Assembly (NCBI GenBank): GCA_002386045.1
Contig: DGEQ01000079.1
Location: 651 to 49,186 of the forward strand
Reading direction: 5' to 3'
DNA: 48,536 nt
DNA from: Hungateiclostridiaceae bacterium UBA3922
Lineage (GTDB): Bacteria; Bacillota; Clostridia; Acetivibrionales; DTU013
In this document: positions 26,042 to 35,227 of the stretch, piece by piece
How the letters are laid out: each line of letters opens with the position of its first letter
Numbering within the stretch: position 1 is the stretch's first letter
Made by a program: the position numbers and the translations under genes
Notes under the pieces: generated by a model
Database searches by the model: none
Seen by the model: only the letters and a program-made list of their open reading frames with translations
What the model was told of the DNA's origin: nothing

Positions 26042-27541
26042 TCAGCTACCATCCTCTATCAGTGTAATGACCCAGTTTTCGCCCTGTTTTTCCATCCTTG
26101 CCTTCATCAGTTGGGTAAACTGCGAATCCCCGGTCAGCGCTATCGTATGGGTATAGCTTATTTCAGCCGTATTCCCGTCAGGCATCGCGACTTCGACCAG
26201 GCTGCCGAACTTCGCCGCCTTCAGGAACCCGGCATACATCGCGGCGTTTTCCTGGTTTGCTTCTATGTCCGACTTGCGTATTTCATCGATGCCGAACTGC
26301 GTCAGCATCCCCATCCTGAACACAAAATCATCGGCAAGCATGAGCAGGGCTTTCGGGTAATCCGCATCAGATCCAAGGTATTTATAGAACAGCTTCAGTT
26401 GCCCGACAGGGTCGTCCTGGTCCATGGTATCCCCTTCGGCCGCGCCCGGCCCGCCGGTCACAGCAGGACCTGCGTCTTCCCCGCTGCCGCCGGTCCCGGC
26501 AGATCCCGGCGCCGTGATCTCGGTGCCGTCAGGGTTCAGGAGAAGGTCCCTCCCGATATCGTACAGCACTTCCGACCGTACCGGCTCAGCCCCGGCATCG
26601 CCGGAAGGCCGCGCTGCCTGCGTCAGCCTCAGCACGTCGGCGGCATGCCATCCCTCGAACACGTAATCATAAACATAGCCGGCCGGGCTGTTTTTCCCTA
26701 TTATCGAATCATCTTCCTTCCTGCTCCCCCGTACCAGGAACTCAGCGTTTATGCAGTCGAAAACCTCAACCAGGCTGTTTTCCGGGTACACGCCTGATTT
26801 CGGCGGATCCGAGAAGCTGTACGCAAGTTTGCTGAAATCCCTGTTGAACTGCATCCTGCCGTATTTCGCAGGATATGAGAAAAGCTTTTTGACCGAAAGG
26901 TCATTCAGATCGACCATGTAGAAATATGACTGGATATAACGGTCCAGCTGCGCTCCGTTCACCATCAGGTAAAGCTGTCCCTGCACAGGATTGAGCAGAG
27001 CCTGCCCTATCGCATACGGCCTGTCTTCTTCAGGGAATGGATCCTGTCCCTGATCGCCTTCCTGCTGTCCGTCTCCCTGTCCTGCATCTCCCCTGTTTTC
27101 AAAGATGCCCGTAAGTTCGGGTATCTGCTCCTGGTCGAGCTCAGTAACGAAGCTTGCGCCGTCCCTGTAATAACGCATCCTGATGAAAGTCTTGTTGTCC
27201 CTGTTCTCGCAAAGCATCAATGCAAGGTCATATTCCGGGGTATTATACCTTACGGTCACGTTTTCCCTGAAGATCAGCAGGTTTTCTTCCTCTCCCGCAT
27301 CGGCACCGTCCTCTTCGGTCTCCTGGTCTTCCCCGGATGCTTCCTCATCTTCCGGGGGCACGCCGGGTTCCAGGATGCCCGCGGTGTCGCCTGCCTCTTC
27401 ATCCGCCAGGTTTTCCTGCTGTCGTGAAGCCTGCTTCACATGATCCAGCAGTCGCGTATCGAAATATATGATTGCCGCCGCAAGCATCATAACGGCGACA
27501 ACAAAAACGATCAGCTGTCTTTTTGCCTTCACTTCGATCAC
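26042..27541 (-). CDS. Membrane-anchored extracytoplasmic protein of unknown function
   Basis: N-terminal TM anchor (LIVFVVAVMMLAAAIIYF), an acidic low-complexity linker, then about 400 aa with no motif I recognise. The stop abuts the tcdA start. Confidence 0.65.
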   Translation of the reverse strand: MIEVKAKRQLIVFVVAVMMLAAAIIYFDTRLLDHVKQASRQQENLADEEAGDTAGILEPGVPPEDEEASGEDQETEEDGADAGEEENLLIFRENVTVRYNTPEYDLALMLCENRDNKTFIRMRYYRDGASFVTELDQEQIPELTGIFENRGDAGQGDGQQEGDQGQDPFPEEDRPYAIGQALLNPVQGQLYLMVNGAQLDRYIQSYFYMVDLNDLSVKKLFSYPAKYGRMQFNRDFSKLAYSFSDPPKSGVYPENSLVEVFDCINAEFLVRGSRKEDDSIIGKNSPAGYVYDYVFEGWHAADVLRLTQAARPSGDAGAEPVRSEVLYDIGRDLLLNPDGTEITAPGSAGTGGSGEDAGPAVTGGPGAAEGDTMDQDDPVGQLKLFYKYLGSDADYPKALLMLADDFVFRMGMLTQFGIDEIRKSDIEANQENAAMYAGFLKAAKFGSLVEVAMPDGNTAEISYTHTIALTGDSQFTQLMKARMEKQGENWVITLIEDGS

Positions 27542-27666
27542 CTGAGCCCATCCGGCCGGATCAGCCGGTAATGTCTTTCAGGACAATATATCCATCCGTT
27601 CTATATTATGTTTATATTATACAGTAAGATTTATTCACGCGCAAACCAACACCTTGCGCGATTTTC

Positions 27667-27695
27667 TTGGCTATCCCGGCCAGGTCTGCTATAAT
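27667..27695 (+). promoter_or_regulatory. Sigma-A promoter for apgM
   Basis: TTGGCT (27667-27672), 17 nt, TATAAT (27690-27695). Confidence 0.55.
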
Positions 27696-27756
27696 AGGGA
27701 AAGTGGATAAAAAGGGGTATACCCTCAACCTTCAACAGAATGGGGTAATGACAGTC

Positions 27757-28980
27757 ATGAAATATGTCGTGGTTCTGGGCGACGGGATGGCAGACTACCG
27801 AATGCCCCGGCTGGGGCAGAGGACACCGCTGCAATATGCCCGCAAGCCCAATATCGATTTTCTTGCAGCAAACGGTGAGCTCGGCATGGTCAGGACAATA
27901 CCGGAAGGCATGTCACCGGGCAGCGATACGGCCAACCTGTCCGTGATGGGCTACGATCCCCGGAAATACTATACCGGCAGGTCTCCCCTCGAGGCCGTCA
28001 GTATGGGAGTGAAACTTTCCGATGCCGATCTTTCTTTCAGATGCAACCTGGTAACGCTCGATACCGACGGAGACTACGAATCTGCAGTCATGGCCGACTA
28101 CAGTTCGGATGAGATACCCACGTCTGAATCCGCCGTACTGATCGATGAACTGAACAGGCAGCTTTCCAGCGACCGGATCAGCTTCCATGCCGGCATCAGT
28201 TACAGGCACTGCATGGTGTGGCACGGCGGTTCCGGCACAAGGAGCCTGACCCCTCCGCACGACATCCTTGAAAAAAGGATCAAGCAATACCTGCCTTCAG
28301 GCGATGACAGCGAGATGTTCATAAGCCTCATGAAAAGCAGTTACAGGATCCTGGCCGATCATCCGGTCAACATGTCAAGGATATCCCGCGGGCTTCGTCC
28401 CGCCAACTCGATATGGCTCTGGGGCGAAGGCAAAAAGCCTTCATTGCCGTCCTTTGCCGAGAAATACGGTCTAAGCGGTTCCGTCATAGCTGCCGTGGAC
28501 CTGATAAAAGGAATCGGTATCTGCGCCGGGCTGGATACGGTCGATGTAGAAGGCGTGACCGGCAATATAAACACCAACTTCCGGGGAAAGGCGGAAGCCG
28601 CGCTTGATGAACTCAGAAAGGGCAAGGACTTCGTTTATATCCATATAGAAGCTCCGGATGAGTGCGGACACAGGTTTGAAGTCGAAAACAAGGTCAGGTC
28701 CATCGAATTGATCGATGAGCTCGTCGTGGGCACATTGCTTGAAGGCCTGGCAGATTTTGACGATTTCAGCCTTATGGTGCTCCCGGACCACCCGACTCCG
28801 CTTTCGCTGCGAACGCATACGGCGGACCCGGTGCCATATGTCATTTACAGGAAACGTAGTGCAAAGCCATCAGGAGCCGCAGGCTATGACGAATTCGAGG
28901 CCCATAAGACAGGGATATTCATAGGACAGGGGCACGAGCTTATGGACAGGTTCCTCCTGAATGATCGTTTTCAAAAATGA
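27757..28980 (+). CDS. apgM: Cofactor-independent phosphoglycerate mutase, archaeal/ApgM type
   Basis: MKYVVVLGDGMADYRMPRLGQRTPLQYARKPNIDFLA...GSDTANLSVMGYDP...EAPDECGH...VLPDHPTP. An ATG at 27748 is an alternative start. Confidence 0.9.
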   Translation: MKYVVVLGDGMADYRMPRLGQRTPLQYARKPNIDFLAANGELGMVRTIPEGMSPGSDTANLSVMGYDPRKYYTGRSPLEAVSMGVKLSDADLSFRCNLVTLDTDGDYESAVMADYSSDEIPTSESAVLIDELNRQLSSDRISFHAGISYRHCMVWHGGSGTRSLTPPHDILEKRIKQYLPSGDDSEMFISLMKSSYRILADHPVNMSRISRGLRPANSIWLWGEGKKPSLPSFAEKYGLSGSVIAAVDLIKGIGICAGLDTVDVEGVTGNINTNFRGKAEAALDELRKGKDFVYIHIEAPDECGHRFEVENKVRSIELIDELVVGTLLEGLADFDDFSLMVLPDHPTPLSLRTHTADPVPYVIYRKRSAKPSGAAGYDEFEAHKTGIFIGQGHELMDRFLLNDRFQK

Positions 28981-28984
28981 TATG

Positions 28985-29008
28985 AGCCGGTGACATGACC
29001 GGCTTTTT
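28985..29008 (+). terminator. Intrinsic terminator after apgM
   Basis: AGCCGGT-gacatg-ACCGGCT followed by TTTT. Confidence 0.7.
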
Positions 29009-29024
29009 AACTGCCGGCCGCTCT

Positions 29025-29543
29025 TCAGCAGGCGCTGTTCGGATCCCGGCGCAGATCCATCAGCCTGATGCTGCCGCACGCTATCCGCCTGCCCGAATCC
29101 CCGGAAGGCTGGGTCCTGTAGTCGTCCGGATTTTCATGTATGATAACGGACCTGCCTGTTATTTCATCGACGGTAAAGCGGTCTGTCATAAAGCACATCC
29201 ATGCCCTGCCGTTGCTTGCCACCAATACCGGAAAGTCTCCCGCATGATTGCCATGGGGCTGGTTCGTCGGGTTCCAGTGTCCTCCGCAGCTTTCAAACGG
29301 TTTTTCCGGATCACCTATATCACAATGACCACCTTCATGTATATGGAATCCAAACGGCCCCACCGGGCTTTTGCCGTCTTCGGCAGGCCTGTATTCGGGC
29401 AAACCCCTCACGTCTGCACATACCATTGTACCGGCAGGAGTATCGGCAAACGTGATCATCCCGGTTATGGACGGGTAATCAGGGCCGGCGATCAACATCG
29501 CATACGCTGCTTTGTATCCCTTCGGGCAGGCCGGGTACGCCAT
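29025..29543 (-). CDS. Cu/Zn superoxide dismutase-family protein with no obvious signal peptide
   Basis: FGFHIHEGGHC...GGHWNP...HGNHAGDFPVL...SVIIHENPDDY...GDSGRRIACGSI. I prefer the ATG at 29543, 7 nt after AAGGTGGA, over the track start at 29624. Confidence 0.8.
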   Translation of the reverse strand: MAYPACPKGYKAAYAMLIAGPDYPSITGMITFADTPAGTMVCADVRGLPEYRPAEDGKSPVGPFGFHIHEGGHCDIGDPEKPFESCGGHWNPTNQPHGNHAGDFPVLVASNGRAWMCFMTDRFTVDEITGRSVIIHENPDDYRTQPSGDSGRRIACGSIRLMDLRRDPNSAC

Positions 29544-29777
29544 CCGGCCGTCCACCTTTCCCTGGAATGACGGATACGTCACCCAGGCAGACGTCCATCC
29601 CTGGCCCGGACAATTGAAATACATGGCCTGAAGCCTCCGGTTCCGCTGCTACTCATGCTATACCATATTATGCTTATGTAACCCCGCGGGTTGCATGTCC
29701 ATGAAAACGCAGGCAATAAGGCCTGACCGGCCGGATTTTTCTTCCGGCGGTAAACATCACGGGCAATTTTGTCCGGA

Positions 29778-30806
29778 TCATCTCCAGTTATCGTCCAGGT
29801 CCTTCGCCTCGTGCTCACATGTCCGGTCCCTGTTCATCAGCGCGGAAACGGCGCTTCCGGGATCCTTCCCTTCGAACAGTACCGCATAAGCCTCGGCAGT
29901 TATAGGCATCCTGACCCCGTACTTTTTTGAAAGGTTATAGACGGGTACCGTCGTGTATACTCCTTCCACGACCATCTTTACTTCTTCCATAGCCTTGTCC
30001 ACGGGCATGCCCTTCCCGATGAGTATCCCTGCCCGCCTGTTCCTGCTGTGCATGCTCGTACAGGTCACGATGAGATCCCCGATCCCTGCAAGGCCTGAAA
30101 ATGTCTGCTTTTTGGCTCCAATTGCACATCCAAGCCTGGACATCTCCGCCAGTCCCCTGGTCATCAGTGCTGCCTTGGTATTGTCTCCGTAGCCGAGCCC
30201 GTCGGATATACCGGCGCAAAGCGCTATTACGTTTTTTATCGCTCCTCCCAGTTCGACACCGATGATGTCGGGATTCGTATATACCCTGAACATTGGCGAC
30301 ATGAATATGTCCTGGATCATTTCCGCAGCCTTCCTGCTCCCTGAAGCAGCGACGTAGGCGGTCGGTATGCCTTTTGAAAGCTCCTCGGCATGACATGGCC
30401 CGGACATAGCCACGACCGTGGCATCAGGCAGTTCTTCCCTGATGACTTCCGACATCCTCAGACCCGTATCTTTCTCAAGCCCTTTTGAAAAACAGCTTAT
30501 CACGGACGGTCTGTACCTGTTCACCGAGGCGACGGCCTTCATGTTTTCCCTGACTTTCTGCGCCGGTATGGCAATGACGCATATGTCGGAAAAGCGCAGC
30601 GATTCCTCCAGGTCGCCGGTACACCTTACACTCTCCGGCACGATCACTCCCGGAAGCTTTTCCTTCTGTTCCCTGAGTTCATTGATCATGTCCACCTCAT
30701 CTTTGAACAATGACCACATCATCACCTCGTGCCCGTTGCCGGCAAGCAGCACGGAAACAGCCGTACCCATGCTTCCTGCTCCAAGGACAGAAACTTTCCT
30801 TCCCAT
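29778..30806 (-). CDS. gpsA: NAD(P)H-dependent glycerol-3-phosphate dehydrogenase
   Basis: KVSVLGAGSMGTAVSVLLAGNGH and the GpsA C-terminal domain motifs. ATG at 30806 lies 7 nt after GGAGG. Confidence 0.95.
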   Translation of the reverse strand: MGRKVSVLGAGSMGTAVSVLLAGNGHEVMMWSLFKDEVDMINELREQKEKLPGVIVPESVRCTGDLEESLRFSDICVIAIPAQKVRENMKAVASVNRYRPSVISCFSKGLEKDTGLRMSEVIREELPDATVVAMSGPCHAEELSKGIPTAYVAASGSRKAAEMIQDIFMSPMFRVYTNPDIIGVELGGAIKNVIALCAGISDGLGYGDNTKAALMTRGLAEMSRLGCAIGAKKQTFSGLAGIGDLIVTCTSMHSRNRRAGILIGKGMPVDKAMEEVKMVVEGVYTTVPVYNLSKKYGVRMPITAEAYAVLFEGKDPGSAVSALMNRDRTCEHEAKDLDDNWR

Positions 30807-30820
30807 AGCGATCCCTCCGT

Positions 30821-31420
30821 TCATTTCCTGCTTCCGAGAGAAAACTTCGATTCGGTACCGCTGAGCAGCCTTTTGATGTTCTCATGGTGCTTTATGATTA
30901 TGACCACAGCGATCATGCCTGAAAAGACCATTGTCAGGGCCCCCCTGCCAAAAACCGCGGCCGCTATCGGAAAAAGAGACGCTGCCGTGATCGAGCCGAG
31001 TGAAACATAACGTGTGGCAAGCAGTATCACGAGAAAGACTGCGAAAAGCCCGAGCGCTATCATCCAGTCAAACATAAGCAGTACCGCGAATGCCGTCAGG
31101 ACTCCCTTGCCTCCCCTGAACCTGAAAAAGGCAGGCCATATGTGCCCGGTTATGCATGCAGTGCCGCCGATCAGCCCGCCAGGCTGGCCGCTGTATATGT
31201 AAAAACCTGCAAGGTAGGCCAGGATGCCCTTTGCCATATCGCCGATTATGACGAACAAGGCAGCTTTCCTGCCAAGTGTCCTCAGTGTGTTCGTCATGCC
31301 TGCGTTCCCGCTGCCATGCTTTCTCACATCAACCTTGTAGAACCTGCCTATTATCAGTGACGTGTTGAGGCTTCCCAGCAGGTAACCTGCTATCACTGCA
31401 AGTGCTGCACGGAGATACAT
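30821..31420 (-). CDS. plsY: Glycerol-3-phosphate acyltransferase PlsY
   Basis: YLLGSLNTSLIIGR...HGSGNAGMTNTLRTLG...FRFRGGKGV. ATG at 31420 lies 6 nt after GGGGGAG. Confidence 0.9.
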   Translation of the reverse strand: MYLRAALAVIAGYLLGSLNTSLIIGRFYKVDVRKHGSGNAGMTNTLRTLGRKAALFVIIGDMAKGILAYLAGFYIYSGQPGGLIGGTACITGHIWPAFFRFRGGKGVLTAFAVLLMFDWMIALGLFAVFLVILLATRYVSLGSITAASLFPIAAAVFGRGALTMVFSGMIAVVIIIKHHENIKRLLSGTESKFSLGSRK

Positions 31421-31531
31421 ACTTGACTCCCCCATATGCCAGGATTTTTATCGGTATTCGGGTTTACCGGACCAAACGTTTTGCTCCGGGCCATTTCCTG
31501 CCGGATACAGCACGGGCATCGACAGGCCGGG

Positions 31532-32854
31532 TCATCCCTCGCCGCGTTCCCTCGGTATGAACCTGATCGGCGTACCTTCAAAACCGTAGCTCTTCCTGAG
31601 CTGGTTTTCCAGGTAACGTTCATATGAATAGTGGAATAGCTTCATGTCATTCATGAAAATGATGAATGTAGGCGGCCTGACCGTCGACTGTACGGCATAG
31701 TACAGTTTCAGCCTCCTGCCCTTGTCGGAAGGCGGCTGGACCATGGCCGTGGCTTCGTTGAGCAGGTCGTTGAGCATTCCAGTCGATATCCTGAGCGACG
31801 CCTGTCCATACACGGATCTTACCAGTTCCAGCACCCTGTGTACCCTCTGCCCGGTCTTCACAGAAATGAACAGCACCGGGGCATACTGCATGAAACTAAG
31901 CTTTTCCATGACCTGCTTCCGGTATTCCTCCACCGTGCCGGTTTCCTTCTCGATAAGGTCCCACTTGTTTATGACCACGACCGAGGCCTTTCCCTGCTCA
32001 TGGGCATATCCCGCTATCTTCGCGTCCTGTTCCGTCACACCGTCCTGTGCGTCTATCATGATCACGCAGACATCGGACCTCTCTATTGCCGTCAGCGCCC
32101 TCAGCACACTATACCTTTCGATGTTCTCGGTTATTTTGCTTTTCCTGCGTATGCCCGCAGTGTCGATGAGCACGAATTTGCCGCCGTCTTTCTCGATGTA
32201 TGTGTCTATAGCATCCCGCGTGGTCCCGGGGATGTCGCTTACTATCACCCTCTCTTCACCGGTCAGCCTGTTGACCAGCGAGGACTTCCCGGAGTTGGGC
32301 TTCCCGACGACAGCAACTTTTATGATGTCCTCTTCGGTCTCTTCATGGACCTCGTCGGGGAAGAAACTGTAGATCTTGTCCAGCAGGTCACCCATGCCAA
32401 GTCCGTGGACGGAAGACACCACTTCCACGTCACCCATGGCAAGGTTGTAGAACTCATAAACTTCCGGCGGCGGATCACCGACGCTGTCAACCTTATTGGC
32501 GACCAGGACGACAGGTTTGCTGGTCTTCCGCAGCATCGCTGCTATTTCCTTGTCTGAGGCCGTCATTCCTTCCTTTGCATCGACCATGAAGATAATGACG
32601 TCGGCCAGCTCTATCGCGACTTCAGCCTGCCGGCGCATCTGCTGCATTATCTCGTCTTCTGAATAGGGTTCGATGCCGCCGGTATCTATAAGCGTGAATT
32701 TCCTGTTCCTCCACTCCGCTTCACCGTAGATCCTGTCCCTGGTGACACCCGGCGTATCCTCGACGATAGAGATCCTTTTGCCGCATATATAATTGAAAAA
32801 TGTGGATTTGCCGACATTAGGCCTGCCAACTATCGCTACGATCGGTTTTGCCAA
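31532..32854 (-). CDS. der: Ribosome-biogenesis GTPase Der (EngA), tandem GTPase domains plus KH domain
   Basis: Two G domains (GRPNVGKST, DTGG; GKPNSGKSS, DTAG, NKWD). I prefer the TTG at 32854, 6 nt after GAGGGTG. The track start at 32914 would overlap the upstream gene by about 100 nt, whereas this start overlaps it by 38 nt. Confidence 0.92.
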   Translation of the reverse strand: MAKPIVAIVGRPNVGKSTFFNYICGKRISIVEDTPGVTRDRIYGEAEWRNRKFTLIDTGGIEPYSEDEIMQQMRRQAEVAIELADVIIFMVDAKEGMTASDKEIAAMLRKTSKPVVLVANKVDSVGDPPPEVYEFYNLAMGDVEVVSSVHGLGMGDLLDKIYSFFPDEVHEETEEDIIKVAVVGKPNSGKSSLVNRLTGEERVIVSDIPGTTRDAIDTYIEKDGGKFVLIDTAGIRRKSKITENIERYSVLRALTAIERSDVCVIMIDAQDGVTEQDAKIAGYAHEQGKASVVVINKWDLIEKETGTVEEYRKQVMEKLSFMQYAPVLFISVKTGQRVHRVLELVRSVYGQASLRISTGMLNDLLNEATAMVQPPSDKGRRLKLYYAVQSTVRPPTFIIFMNDMKLFHYSYERYLENQLRKSYGFEGTPIRFIPRERGEG

Positions 32855-34205
32855 ATGTTTCACCCTCTCTGAATGTTGTTCCGAGTACCCCGGTGATGAA
32901 GTCGGCACCGTCATTGTCGATAACGGTGATCTTTATGCCCAGTTCCGAACTCAGCCCGTCGACGGTACAGTCGTCCAGGAACAGTTCTTCGCCTGATTTG
33001 AACATGGTCCTGGAAACAAGCAGTTCGCTGCCCAGCGGTCTGCCCCTGAGCTGGCATGCTATGTCACGGCCGGTCAGAAGTCCCGTCACCGTCACATTTT
33101 CTCCAAAAAATTCATTTTCTATCGCGTACACATTTATCTTAAGCCCGTCAAACCTGTTTTCCAGTGTCCTGGCCAGCTTCCCGATATACCCGGCGGCACA
33201 TCTGCCTGTCGCTATGCTCACGGTCCTGTCCGGCTGCCGTTTCCAAAGCATGTCCAGTTTCCCGCCTTCAGTTCCGAGAAAGCTGTCGAACTCGTATATG
33301 AACCGGGCCATCATCCCCACACCATTCTCTATCTGCGGAAATTCCTCGTATTCTTCGCAGGACGGCAGTTCGATCCCGGCCTTGATGTAAAGTTCATCTG
33401 CCGCGTATACGAGTCTCGTCCCGAATTTGTCAAGAAACCTGCGCTGCCACTGTTCGACCTGTTCTATCACACGGGCGGATTCGTCGGCAGTGAAGGGTTC
33501 AAGAGGATACAGCCCTTCCCGCCATTTCGTCAGCCCGACCGGCACGACTGATATGCTTGCAAGGCCGGGCCACAGCTCAGACAGGTCATTTAGGGTCCTG
33601 TCCAGTTCCGCACCGTCGTTGAGCCCTTTACACAGTACTATCTGGGCATTTACGTTTATGCCGCCGTCCGTCAGTATCTTCATTTTCTCCAGTACATCGC
33701 CTGCAAAACGGTTCCCCAGCATTTTCACCCTGAGTCCGGGGTCGGTAGTGTGTACGGAAACATTGACGGGCGTCATCCTGTACCGCACTATCCTTTCGAG
33801 TTCGTCCCTTTTCATGTTGGTCAGCGTCACATAGTTGCCGTCCAGGAAAGACAGCCTTGAATCGTCGTCCTTGAAGTAAAGGGTCTGGCGCATCCCTTTC
33901 GGGAGCTGGTCGATGAAACAGAACAGGCATTTGTTGTTGCAGTGCTTCGGGCCCGTTATCAGGGGATCTTCAAACTCAAGACCGAGGTCTTCATATTCGT
34001 CCTTCTCGATCTCGATTTCCCATACTTCGCCGTTCTTTTTCCCTATCTCCACGACGATGTTCGGGTCCGCGACAAGGAAACGGTAATCGAATATATCGGT
34101 TATCTGCCGGCCATTTACGGACAGCAGGATATCCCCGGGTTCTATCCCGGCTTCCATCGCGGCGCTGTTCGGTTGTACGTTTGCTATTACGATCTTTTTC
34201 TTCAT
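32817..34205 (-). CDS. PDZ-domain/radical-SAM-like DUF512 protein
   Basis: N-terminal PDZ (GIEPGDILLSVNG), then CNNKCLFCFIDQLP and the DUF512-type C-terminal region. It is the first gene of the der-plsY-gpsA operon. Confidence 0.85.
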   Translation of the reverse strand: MKKKIVIANVQPNSAAMEAGIEPGDILLSVNGRQITDIFDYRFLVADPNIVVEIGKKNGEVWEIEIEKDEYEDLGLEFEDPLITGPKHCNNKCLFCFIDQLPKGMRQTLYFKDDDSRLSFLDGNYVTLTNMKRDELERIVRYRMTPVNVSVHTTDPGLRVKMLGNRFAGDVLEKMKILTDGGINVNAQIVLCKGLNDGAELDRTLNDLSELWPGLASISVVPVGLTKWREGLYPLEPFTADESARVIEQVEQWQRRFLDKFGTRLVYAADELYIKAGIELPSCEEYEEFPQIENGVGMMARFIYEFDSFLGTEGGKLDMLWKRQPDRTVSIATGRCAAGYIGKLARTLENRFDGLKINVYAIENEFFGENVTVTGLLTGRDIACQLRGRPLGSELLVSRTMFKSGEELFLDDCTVDGLSSELGIKITVIDNDGADFITGVLGTTFREGETFGKTDRSDSWQA

Positions 34206-34243
34206 CCGTACCTACCTTGATCCAATACCAGCCTTTTTAAGGT

Positions 34244-34273
34244 ATTATAATTCAAACGAGTGACACTTCTCAA
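34244..34273 (-). promoter_or_regulatory. Candidate promoter of the DUF512-der-plsY-gpsA operon
   Basis: On the minus strand: TTGAGA (34268-34273), 18 nt, TATAAT (34244-34249). The -35 hexamer lies inside the arm of hairpin repeat unit A. Confidence 0.4.
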
Positions 34274-34383
34274 CTCACAAAGGGATGCTGTCGTGCTGAG
34301 AAGTGTCACCGCACCTTGTTCATGCGTGACATTCCTCAACCACAGAAGAATACCTCACTGCAGAGAAGTGTCACCGCACCTTG
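34260..34383. repeat. Two tandem copies (66-bp period) of a ~59-nt hairpin-forming repeat
   Basis: Unit A spans 34260-34318. GTGACACTTCTCA and TGAGAAGTGTCAC form a perfect 13-bp stem with a 24-nt loop, followed by the 3' tail CGCACCTTG. Unit B spans 34326-34383 with arms GTGACATTCCTCA and AGAGAAGTGTCAC and the identical tail CGCACCTTG. Confidence 0.85.
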
Positions 34384-34389
34384 ACACTT

Positions 34390-34420
34390 AAAAAGGCTGT
34401 CTTTTCAAGACAGCCTTTTT
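34390..34420. terminator. Bidirectional intrinsic terminator after rpmF
   Basis: AAAAA-GGCTGTCTT-ttc-AAGACAGCC-TTTTT. Confidence 0.75.
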
Positions 34421-34448
34421 CGTCGCTGAGATCCGGCCTGCGACCGGA

Positions 34449-34634
34449 TTATTTTGCCTCGACTACCCTGAGGACTTCCTTGCCATCATAATATCCGCAT
34501 TCCCTGCAGACTATGTGGGGAGCTTTCAGCGTATGACACTGAGGGCAGCTGACCAGAGTAGGCTGGGACAGCTTCCACTGAGATCTCCTTTTGCATGTCC
34601 TGGCTTTGGACCATTTACGTTTCGGATTCGCCAT
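34449..34634 (-). CDS. rpmF: 50S ribosomal protein L32, Zn-ribbon (C+) form
   Basis: MANPKRKWSKARTCKRRSQWKL...CPQCH...CRECGYY, 61 aa. Confidence 0.95.
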   Translation of the reverse strand: MANPKRKWSKARTCKRRSQWKLSQPTLVSCPQCHTLKAPHIVCRECGYYDGKEVLRVVEAK

Positions 34635-34663
34635 ATTCTAACACCTCCCCTGATAATCGAATG

Positions 34664-35161
34664 TCACGATTTTTCAAAAAAGCTTCTCAGACCTTCCATG
34701 CGCGGATCGATGCTGTCACCGGAGCAACCGCACCGGACCTCGTTGAGGTTTGCGCCGCAACTGCTGCATAATCCCCTGCATTGTTCCGAACACAAATGCT
34801 TCATCGGAAGGTTCAGGATTATATTATCATTAAGTGCCCTGCTGATGTCAAGTTTTTTCCCTTCAAAGAGATACATGTCGTTCTGTTCCGAATCGGCGCT
34901 GCCCGAGAAATCCTCTTTTATCCTTAGCCTAAGCGCGCCCCTGACTTCACCAAGACACCTGTAACACGCACTTTTGTATGCGGCTTCGAGCCATCCGTCA
35001 AGATGCAGGATACCGCTATTGTTGGTCAGCGTGCCTGAAAAAATGACATCGCCCTCGATGGTGCAGCCTTCCACAGGCTCCCTCTCCGGCGGTCCACCTG
35101 TCCAGTCGATCTTCAGGCAGGCACCGTTGATCGTTATAATATCCGAAATATCAACCTTCAT
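34664..35161 (-). CDS. yceD: YceD/DUF177 family protein, the usual partner of rpmF
   Basis: C-terminal CSEQCRGLCSSCGANLNEVRCGC metal-binding cluster. It lies immediately upstream of rpmF. The start is the ATG at 35161 (MKVDISDI). Confidence 0.85.
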   Translation of the reverse strand: MKVDISDIITINGACLKIDWTGGPPEREPVEGCTIEGDVIFSGTLTNNSGILHLDGWLEAAYKSACYRCLGEVRGALRLRIKEDFSGSADSEQNDMYLFEGKKLDISRALNDNIILNLPMKHLCSEQCRGLCSSCGANLNEVRCGCSGDSIDPRMEGLRSFFEKS

Positions 35162-35227
35162 AAGCGATACCCCTTGAATCAGCAACAAGGAACATTATAC
35201 TAACTAATACCCGCATTGTCAAGGCAA

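Noticed and set aside
34260-34383. The tandem repeats considered as a minimal CRISPR array.
   Set aside because: There are only two units and no cas genes in the window. The units are long hairpins with 13-bp stems, not 25-40-bp direct repeats separated by unique spacers. A third copy occurs alone, in inverted orientation, 9.5 kb away.
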